Source: Elusimicrobiota bacterium
GTDB lineage: Bacteria > Elusimicrobiota > Elusimicrobia > F11
Direction: 5' to 3'
Assembly: GCA_046153645.1 (NCBI GenBank)
Contig: JBJXGI010000028.1
Coordinates: 1-35,025, forward strand
Length of the DNA stretch: 35,025 nt
The position numbers and the translations under genes were made by a program. A model generated the notes under the pieces. That model had not been told where the DNA came from. It saw only the letters and a list, made by a program, of their open reading frames with translations, and did not search any database. Below, one piece after another: positions 8,069 through 17,800 of this stretch. Position 1 is the first letter of the stretch. Every line of letters starts with the position of its first letter.

Positions 8069-10348
8069 TCAAGGCTTGTTTTGAGAAAAAGACATGCTGC
8101 GAAAGCTCTCACGAGCAGAGGTAGGAGGAATATCGAAATCTCCATATTCTCTTAATGATAATACTGGTTGCCATAACCATCCGCTATTATCATAGGTTTG
8201 AGAAAAAGTATATTTTTGAATTACATTATTAGCAGATTCCCTTATTTTAATGGTGTATAACTTTATTTTTTCTTTATCTTTCTTCTCAACAGCTATATGT
8301 AGCAAAGCCGCATAAGACATAACACGAATGAATTCTGCAGTTCCCAAATGATAAAGAGCCCAGTATTTTCTGTAAACAGGCTCTAAATCTCTGACTGTCA
8401 AATTACTCATTCCCATAAGCGGGAATTTTTCCTTGGAACGACGCGCCATTTTATTTTGTGATTCGGCAATACTAACCCAATCAGGATGATCGGAAAACAT
8501 TTTATCTATGATATAGATAGCCCTTAACCACCGTTTTTCAGTTTGAACACCACCCATGTTTGCGGAATTGACATGGCGCCAAGCTTCCTGAACATATTCT
8601 TCAGCTTCGGTTGGAATACCACCTGTGGGTTTTTGAACACTACTCATTGATAACTTTTCATCTGGAATATCCACAAGTGATAAGACAGAAAAGTCTCCTC
8701 CATCTATACGAAAAGGATCAAAACGTAACATTCCCAAAACTCTGGCTTGACCGCCTATTACTGAATAAGGGATATGATGAGTATTCCAACCAAATCCAAC
8801 GGGTTTATTCAGTGAGTATGGGATGGGATGCGCATAGGGATAAACATATCCCAAATCATCAGATTTAACGGCACTTTTTGTTGCTTCTTCAAGAGCATTT
8901 TTTTTATAGAGAAATAAATGTTTATAGGCATTTTTATTTTGACCCAATGCTTTATAATCATCAGCCATTCGAAGATCAGCAAGGGCAACCCAATTTGACC
9001 ACTCATCGCTCATAAGCGGTTCTCTTCCTACTCCTTGTTTATATTTAATGTCGCCTTTCAGTCCCCCTTCAATATACAAGATCAATTTTTTTCGGTCATC
9101 ATGACTTACAAAATCGTAACCGGTAATGGACTCTTTATTTCCATCAGGAGTCGTGTAAGTAACAGTGACCTTAAAGTTGTCATCGATCGCTTGACGAATT
9201 TTATCTGCGCCATTTTCTCCAAATTGTTCCAGACCTTTTACCCCATAAGCGGAAATTTTTAAAGCCGAGGTATCCAACGGATGCATGGGAATAACTCCGG
9301 GTTTTATGGTTTGACCAATATTTTCATCGTAATAGGTTTTTTCCGTCGTCCCTATGAAAAAGAGGTTCTTACCAGGGTCAAAAATTTTATGGTCCCACAC
9401 GTGAATTAATTGGGAAGCTTCTTCATAGCGACTTTTATTTGTTATATCGACTTGGGCCAACAAATCACAAAGCGCTTTATAATCAGCTGCGTGTTCGCCA
9501 TTGTAAAAGTGATAAAAAGAAGGATTGTTTATTTTAAAACTCAATTGTTGTTCCTGAGGATTATCCGGGTTTCCATAGGGCCCCATTCGAATTCCGCCAT
9601 AATTAGGGTCATTCGGATTATCATTTTGAAGGTCTCTTAAAATGCTCCATCGTTCACGAGCAAAATTAAGATATTGCATTTCTCCTGTGGTCCGGTAGAG
9701 ATGCAAGGCCGCAATTCCAACATAAGCATTCGGCCCAACATGTGCAATATGTTCAATTCCTCTCCCACCGGAGCGGCCTTCTGCAGCATCAATAATATTG
9801 ACGATCCAGCCGTCTCTGGGCATCCACTTACCTTTTCGCTTGAACCACCCAACTTTTCGAATAGCTTTATTTGTCATTAAATAATTCATGGTGCTTTTTG
9901 CTTTTTCAATTTGACCAACTCGAATGTGAACCATAACTCTAATGGCATTATCATAAACAACACTCCAATAGCGGAGTCGCGGATCACCAGGCAAGCTATA
10001 AGCCATAGAAGTATTGGTATTAATATTTTGGTGAATGTAACGCAAAATCTGAGAAATAAACAATGAAAGTTCTGGTTGAATTTGTTTATTCCATATTGGC
10101 TGAACAGACTCTCTAACCATGAGATCATGGACTTGTTCTTGCGTAAGTGAAGAACGACCATGTTCGCTGAAAAGAACCGGGTTCGAAAAACGTGCACTCC
10201 AAAACCATAGGGCGCCCATTAATGTGGTGTTAACCACGAAAACAAGAAATAAACCCTTCAAAAGTAAATGAAAAGCCCTTGGCTGACGACGAAACGGATA
10301 TCGCCATAACGACTCAGGGGAAGCTTGAATATCAAATAATATTTCCAT
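8069..10348 (-). CDS. Membrane-anchored glycoside-hydrolase-like protein with a C-terminal TPR-like module; paralog of 5853-8021
   Basis: 759-aa ORF with one N-terminal TM segment; collinear similarity to the neighbour across nearly the whole length. Confidence 0.65.
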   Translation of the reverse strand: MEILFDIQASPESLWRYPFRRQPRAFHLLLKGLFLVFVVNTTLMGALWFWSARFSNPVLFSEHGRSSLTQEQVHDLMVRESVQPIWNKQIQPELSLFISQILRYIHQNINTNTSMAYSLPGDPRLRYWSVVYDNAIRVMVHIRVGQIEKAKSTMNYLMTNKAIRKVGWFKRKGKWMPRDGWIVNIIDAAEGRSGGRGIEHIAHVGPNAYVGIAALHLYRTTGEMQYLNFARERWSILRDLQNDNPNDPNYGGIRMGPYGNPDNPQEQQLSFKINNPSFYHFYNGEHAADYKALCDLLAQVDITNKSRYEEASQLIHVWDHKIFDPGKNLFFIGTTEKTYYDENIGQTIKPGVIPMHPLDTSALKISAYGVKGLEQFGENGADKIRQAIDDNFKVTVTYTTPDGNKESITGYDFVSHDDRKKLILYIEGGLKGDIKYKQGVGREPLMSDEWSNWVALADLRMADDYKALGQNKNAYKHLFLYKKNALEEATKSAVKSDDLGYVYPYAHPIPYSLNKPVGFGWNTHHIPYSVIGGQARVLGMLRFDPFRIDGGDFSVLSLVDIPDEKLSMSSVQKPTGGIPTEAEEYVQEAWRHVNSANMGGVQTEKRWLRAIYIIDKMFSDHPDWVSIAESQNKMARRSKEKFPLMGMSNLTVRDLEPVYRKYWALYHLGTAEFIRVMSYAALLHIAVEKKDKEKIKLYTIKIRESANNVIQKYTFSQTYDNSGWLWQPVLSLREYGDFDIPPTSARESFRSMSFSQNKP

Positions 10349-10479
10349 TATTGCCTAATTTAGGGGACATCATCCATTTGAATTGATTCTCTACGCTGAC
10401 GTGATTGAAACGAGAGGTATTATATGACTAAAAATTAAAACGAAAGTGACAGTGAGATTTAATTGAAGTTAATTCTAAA

Positions 10480-10980
10480 TTACAGTGAACTCTTTCTGTT
10501 AGCTGTTAAAAAAGTGAACTTAAAAAAAGGTTGTAAATCAGACTGGTTTTCGCTTGTTTCGATAATTTCAAAATCTCTGGTGAAGTCTATTTTTGGGAAA
10601 AAAGCGTCTCCTTTAAAAGGATGGTGAATAATGGTGAGGAAAAGTTTCTGTATCTGTGGAAGTGCTAACTTATAAATTTCGGCGCCACCAATGATAAATT
10701 GATCTTCAGAGTCTTGGTGTGATTTTTTTAGCGCTTGTTCCAAACTGCTAACAACCACGACCCCTTCTTTAGAATAATAGGGGTCCCTTGTAATAACAAT
10801 GTTTTGACGTCCTGGGAGCGGTTTACCGATAGATTCAAATGTTTTTCGTCCCATAATAATAGGGTGTCCCATGGTGAGAGTTTTAAATCTTTTTAAATCT
10901 TCACTTAATTTCCAAGGAAGCTGATTGTTTTTTCCAATCACACCTTCATCTGTCATAGCGGCAATGAGGCACAAACTCAT
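10480..10980 (-). CDS. folA: Dihydrofolate reductase
   Basis: [51 protein letters not shown]. Confidence 0.98.
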   Translation of the reverse strand: MSLCLIAAMTDEGVIGKNNQLPWKLSEDLKRFKTLTMGHPIIMGRKTFESIGKPLPGRQNIVITRDPYYSKEGVVVVSSLEQALKKSHQDSEDQFIIGGAEIYKLALPQIQKLFLTIIHHPFKGDAFFPKIDFTRDFEIIETSENQSDLQPFFKFTFLTANRKSSL

Positions 10981-11777
10981 ACAGAAATGGGCGCTTTAAT
11001 CGTGGGATCTGGATCGTAATTAAGTAGTTCAAAATCATCAAATTTGAAAGAAAAAATTGATTTTACATTGGGGTTTATTTTCATCGTCGGCAATGTTTTG
11101 GGATGGCGCGTTAACTGTAATTGAGCTTGCTCTAGATGGTTTAAATAAAGATGCGCATCACCGAAAGTGTGAATAAAATGTCCTGGTTTTAAGTTGCAAA
11201 CTTGAGCGATCATCATGGTGAATAACGCATAACTCGCGATATTAAAAGGAACTCCCAAAAAAACATCGGCACTCCGTTGATAAAGTTGGCAGGAAAGCCG
11301 ACCATCTTCATGAACATAAAATTGAAACATCGTATGACATGGGGGAAGCGCCATTTTGGGAATATCAGAGACATTCCATGCACTAATAATATGCCGTCTT
11401 GATTGAGGATTTTTTTTAATCGATTCAATCAGTTGTGAAAGTTGGTCTATTCCTTCTTTTCCCTCTTGAGCCCCCCAATGGCGCCATTGAAACCCATAAA
11501 CAGGCCCCAAATTGCCGTTGGAATCTGCCCACTCATCCCAAATAGTAACATTGTTATCTTTGAGATATTTGATATTCGTATCCCCCTGAATAAACCACAA
11601 CAATTCATGGATAATAGACCGAAGATGAAGCTTTTTGGTTGTTAAAAGAGGAAACCCGTCCGCCAAATCAAAACGCATTTGGTAACCAAATAAACTTAAG
11701 GTTCCCGTTCCCGTTCGATCAGAACGTTTTTCCCCTTTTTCGAGGATGTCTTTGAGAAGTTGTTGATAAGCTTTCAT
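10977..11777 (-). CDS. thyA: Thymidylate synthase
   Basis: [42 protein letters not shown]; 4-bp overlap with folA. Confidence 0.99.
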   Translation of the reverse strand: MKAYQQLLKDILEKGEKRSDRTGTGTLSLFGYQMRFDLADGFPLLTTKKLHLRSIIHELLWFIQGDTNIKYLKDNNVTIWDEWADSNGNLGPVYGFQWRHWGAQEGKEGIDQLSQLIESIKKNPQSRRHIISAWNVSDIPKMALPPCHTMFQFYVHEDGRLSCQLYQRSADVFLGVPFNIASYALFTMMIAQVCNLKPGHFIHTFGDAHLYLNHLEQAQLQLTRHPKTLPTMKINPNVKSIFSFKFDDFELLNYDPDPTIKAPISV

Positions 11778-11812
11778 AAACCGAATGTGAATTTACAAAA
11801 TTTAAGAGCGAT

Positions 11813-14800
11813 TTATGCTGCCTGTCGCCTATGTTGTTCATGAAGAGATCTCGTCCCTAAACAAGGTTTCAAATCTTGTGGGTGTGCCCCAAACAAATCT
11901 ACAGAAGCGTCCATACTTTTACTTGGAATGGGTTCCGGAGAAATAGGTTGAATTAATTCTTTTGCCAAAACTTTCTGACCGAATAAAAATACAATAGTTA
12001 TCAATATAATCGTTTTAAATTTTTCAATATATTGCCTTAGCCTAGTGACTCCTTTTACTTTAATATTAAGATTTACTTTTGTCTCATATTCAATGAGACG
12101 ACTTAAATAATTCAATCGCCCTTCAATTTCTTTGATTAAAGATTTTAAAAATGATTTAGAAGCAACAGAAGGACTTAGGTAAGTACCCTTATCTTTTCTT
12201 TGAATGATGGGATTTGGTACCAAAGAAATGTTTCCCTTATCTTGAACAAAAGCATACGGGTGTATTCCATGAGCAGATAACTCCACATACCCCCCCAAAT
12301 CATCTTTTGCGCCGAAATCCGAAAAAACTATTCCCCTTAAACCACTCATGGGATCACGATTAAAATATCCTTCTATTAATTTGCCTTGCCCCCCAGAGAG
12401 TTCTGGAAAAAATTTGTCGATGGGTGTATGACCTAAAAAAAGCCGATTAAGGCCGTTTCGCCTCAGGAGCGAGTGAATACCAAATTTGGCAATGGCCTCA
12501 ACCACATTCTCTTCATGTGAAACCGGGTTTTCCTTAGAGTACCAAGAGAGCAACAATTCAATAGCTTCAAAAACGTCACCGGGCTGATTTGAGTCTCGAA
12601 TATCTTTTGCAATAAGATCAAGACCCTCATATATTGAAGGATAGAGTATCCCCTTCTCCATCGCCTCAGTTTTTAATGTGGCTCGGATTTTCGCGAGTTT
12701 TTTAGGATCTTCCAATGAGTAATAGGGATGGACCCCATTGCCTCGGTAGTTTATGCCTTTATAGGTGAAATTAAATTGTCCATTTTCATCGAGAGGTAAA
12801 AAAGCATGCAAATAAGTACCGAATACGTCTGAGCGAACCAAATAGAAATTTTCTTTAATGAATTGAAACATTTTTTCCAATGATTTATTTTTAAAATAGT
12901 TTTTGGCTTTTGATTTTTTACTCTTTCCCGCTTTTAATACTTCTAATATTGATTTCCCCTTTTTCCCATCAAATGCCCAATGGAATACTTTTTTCTGGGT
13001 ATCATTTTCCGCGCCAGAATGATGAAGATAATGAATGGCTTCTAAAACCCGAATAGCCATTTTTTCTAATTTATTTTTTTCAATTTTTTCACTCGCACCC
13101 ATTTCCCCTTCATGGTCATCATCATCCACTTCCGCAGAAAGGCCTTCGATGTCTCCTTCTGCGTTTAATTGCTTATCAAGTTTTCCTTCTAAATATTGAA
13201 CTATTTTTTCAATATTTTTTTGACCTTCTTCCCATGCAGAAGAAATTTTCGGCGTGTATTTCACCTGTTCTTTAACCTCATCTTTCGCCTTTATAAAGTC
13301 TTCTAATAAACGTCTCCACCAATGAAGCGACATACCTTCTACCCACCAAAGCCCTGACCTTTCTCTATTTTTACTATTCCCAATAAAACGCAACCAAACA
13401 GATTCCTGGTTGCTACCGGGAATTAATGATTCTTTTATTATTTTTCTATATAATCCTTTTTTTCTTGTGATCGATTGAGCCAATTCATCCCAAGAATTTC
13501 TATACATTCTTATTCCATTTTCTCTTTTTTCACCTTTCTGTTTATTATTGATATGCTTTTGATATTGAGCGATAAACTTAGCCCAATTAAAACTTTTTTC
13601 ACTTAGTGTCGTTAGATTATCTGAAACTGCTCCCCACTGTTGTTCATAGCCATCTTTATAGGAATCAAAAGAATACCGCCCTTCAATTGGAAAATGGTAT
13701 TTCCAAAAATTCAAGAAAAACTCTAATTCATGATTACCAACGATAAAATCAGCCAACCCTTCTTCTACCAACTCCTGGACTCTCTCAACCACTAATAAAC
13801 TGTTATCTCCAAAATGAATTAAATCTCCATTGATATGAAATAATAATTTTCTTTTTAATCTCTTGGTTTCAAACCCCATTTTTTTTAACTGTTTAAAAAG
13901 AGGCTGATCCGGTGTCAACTTAGCCTCTCGAGAGAGCTTTACATCTGGTTGCGCAGATTTCATAACATTTAAAATAATTTCATCGAATCTTTCTATCTGG
14001 CCATGAATATCTGATATAACAATAACCTTCGGAATTTGAGATTTATTTTGATCTTTTAGGCCTTCTAAAATTTTTGATAATCGTATTTTTTCTTTATTCA
14101 AATCCGGAGAAGAAGGCTCTAAAAATACACTTAAGGGATCTTCTCTCAAGCGATTTTCAGAAATTTTAAGCATTCCAAATAGGAATACCAAGACAAGAGT
14201 GAACTTAACAACAAGAGGAAAAGGAATAATAAAACAAAAATACAAGAAAAATAAAATGTTTATTTTTGTTGTTATCTGAACAGAAGAATCATTCGCATGA
14301 GGAAAGTCAAATCCTTTTTCTAACAAGTGCGTCTGGAAAGGGGCGAATCGATTTTTCTTTTTTGAAGAAATGTCAATCTTGTACAGAAGAAACATAATAC
14401 AAGCAACCAGAACAATATAAATATTTTCACCCCCAATACCCGCAGGAAGCATTAAAAACGGTAAAGCTGATGATGGCATGGACTGCTGTAATATTCGGAC
14501 ATTAAATGTTCCTGGGTTATTGCTTTTATCAAAAAATATAATTCTAGATTTATATTCCTCCCGACTAGATAGAGAAATAAGTTCAGATAAACTTAATTCT
14601 TTTTCTTCAACAATAAATTTAAAATTTTCAGGAAATCCATAAGTTTGAACAAGCGCGGAAAAATCACTTAATGTGACAGATTGATGACCCCACCCCACAT
14701 TGACCATTCCTTCAACCAAATCTTGAACTTTCTTTTTTGTGTCGGGATCATTAAGTATTCGAGAAAATTTTCTTGTAGACCTTTGATTGCCATCAAATTC

Positions 14801-17800
14801 GTCGGGAAAATTCTGCAACCAAAATGGTTCAACAAACATAGAAGTTTTTTCAAGTTCAATAGAATCAACTTGTGCGAGAAGCTTATAAACGTGCTCCTTT
14901 ATTCCCGGAGCGATAAATGGATGCAAAAGAAGCTTTATCAGAGGTTCGGCCAAGCGCTTTTCACTCAAGAATAATTTTGCTTGCTTAGATGGGTCTTCAT
15001 AAAGTTCTAATAATTTTTTAACGACAAAAAGTGATTCCAGATCATAAGGGGTTACTTCCTTTTGACTGTATATTTTCTGGTCAATTTTATTTTTTTCCCC
15101 TAACATTATTTCTCGCGCATATTCATCTTTCTCTTCTATTTGTTTTTCCAATGCATGGAAGACGACTTTGATGTGAGTCAACCGTAAAAGGAGTGGAATA
15201 ACAACCGGCTTATAAGAAGGATCTGTGGAAAGCTTTATCAAATCATTAATCATATGCAAACGACGGGAAGAAATTTCTCGTTTTTTAAATAATCGGCGTG
15301 CCAACTCTTCAGGACTCCATACATCCATATTTCGCAATGATTCTTTATTTTTCAGAACGTCTAATATAAGTCTATATTCACTATGATCAAGCAATATTTT
15401 CCCTGCAAGTTCTTTCCATGGGAAAGGATAAGTATCCGACATTAGAATTTGCCTTAACTGTTCTAAATGCCCAGCACGACCTTCTGTTTCGATGAGATTT
15501 AAAGCCGCTTCATTCGGTATATTTTTTCCAAGCTGATTGGTTAACTCATCTGGTTCGTTTTTATATATCGCTGCTAATATGACTTCAAGTGAAACCACTG
15601 ATTCCCGAGTGGCTTTTCCAGATTGAACGGGCAATGGGCGATTCAAATCTAAAAGTAGAGAGAGTGCCGTCTTTTTTATCCGCTCCCGAACCTCTATTGG
15701 TAATTTTTCAAAATGCCCTAAAAATAAGTCGAAGTTAACATAATTTTTTCTTCCAATTTCAATCAGTCCTTCTATAAAAAGTTTAAACTTTTCATCAGAC
15801 ATATCTGTATTTTTTCCAAGCAATTCAAAAAGAATCTTGGCTTTATCATCAAACGAAGGCAATTTGGGCAATGATTTAAGGCGTGTTAAAAGATCTTCTC
15901 GAGCAGGAGAATTTTCCATAAGTAAAATTTCATCAAAAGCAAAAGAAAATAAAGCCGTGGCAGTGATAATAGAACTATCTTCAAAATGAGAAATTTCACT
16001 CATTAAGTTTATTCCACCTAAATTTTTCTCACGCAAGTCATTCCAAAGGTTAAAACCAATACCTACTTTCATCTCTCCTATCTGATGCATAATAGGCAGC
16101 GACATATACCATTGCTTTGTCTTTTTTTGATCAAGATGAGCATATGGATCTAAATCAATAACATACTTAGCTAACACTCCCCTTTGCTGAAGAAACGATC
16201 TCAACTCATTTGTTGAATCAAGAAAGACTTTAACAATAAACAAATAAAGATCTTTTTTTCCTTTCTTCCTGGCGTGATCAGCTAGGTAAGTTAACATTTG
16301 TAAAAAACTAATTAGAGGAGGTAATATTTCATTCTCTTTGCCTTCTTCTGTTTTATTAAAAAGTTCTCTTAGTTTTTGAACGGTACTTAAATTATTGGAA
16401 TCTCCGGATAGACGGCTTAAAGTAAATATAATCATCTTAAAGTCGTCGGATAAATGTTGGAATTTTTTTCCCTCTAACTCTAACAATGCCTTGAATTCTC
16501 TGGAAAGGACCCATCTTTTCACAAAGGATCTAGAAGGTATCGGTCGAATTCTCTGTTGATCAGGATCGAAACGAGCATCCAAATTATTAATCACATAATC
16601 ATAGAGTCTTTCTTTTTCTGATACTGAGCTAGCACCCAACTCGCCATTAGGCCCCCAGCGAAGCCACTTCACATGATTGTTAATGAAATGGGATACAATT
16701 CCAAAAATTTGAGCACTAATAAAAGAAATAAAAGTTAACCCGATCAAAAACCATGACAACGAAAGATGTGCTGATAGAACAGAATATTGAACTAAACCCC
16801 ATATATAAGTAGTCGTAAAACCAAATATGGTAAAAAATGTAAAAACCACATGGCGTTGACCTAAATAACGCTCTAAATAATCTTTTTGGTTTTTCAGATT
16901 ATTTTTGAACAAATAGTCATATTTATTATCATTGATGACATCTCGATGGCCCCACTGAAATGAAGAAAATAATTTAAAAGAAATAAAAAAGGTGATCGGA
17001 ACAAATACAATCAAACCAAATCCCAAAGCCGCAAGGGGATTAGATAAAAATAATAAAGGTGAAAGGCCTAAAAGGACTAATGGTAAACTCGACATTAAAT
17101 AAAATCTTTGTTCTTTTATAGTAGTGGGAAGACTGCGGAAAACAACTTTAAACCTTTCAAAATAGTTCATTACCTTTAGATGGGCCCAGTTAATCTTTTT
17201 TTCGCCCACCATGTTTCGAAATCGTCTCACCATATCAGGATTTAAAGGATCTCTTAAGTTCCCGATAGGTTTTGTTACTAAAGTATCAACCAAAGAAATC
17301 TGAGAAGTTGTAAACAATCGTTCTAATGGGGTACGGTCTTGTGTAAAAACATGGAAATAATCATCCGAAGAAAAAAACTCTTTGATTAACTTAGGCGTCA
17401 GAGGAACAACTGTAAAATTTTTACTTAAGAGAAATCGGTCAATGCCATGAGAATGAAAACCACCAGTAACCAATACTGAAATTGTTTTGTGAAAATCTTT
17501 TTTTTCTCTAATCTCTTTCACAAAATTTTCTGCCATTGTTTTATTTCGGTATTCGGCAAAAGAGTAAAACTCTTCAAAAGAAGAAACTGATCCCCCACGT
17601 TTTATCTTTAGAAGTTGATAAGTTTTCCATTCATCTGGAGACATTTTTAGTAAAACCATTTTTTGAACAAGATTAAGAGAAAACAATTCTAACCACAGCT
17701 GACGTTGTTCGTCATTCAAACAGAGATGGCGCCAAATCTCATTTTCATATGCACTTAACTCTGATAAAAATAATGCAGGGTCAATATCATCCGCCAATAA

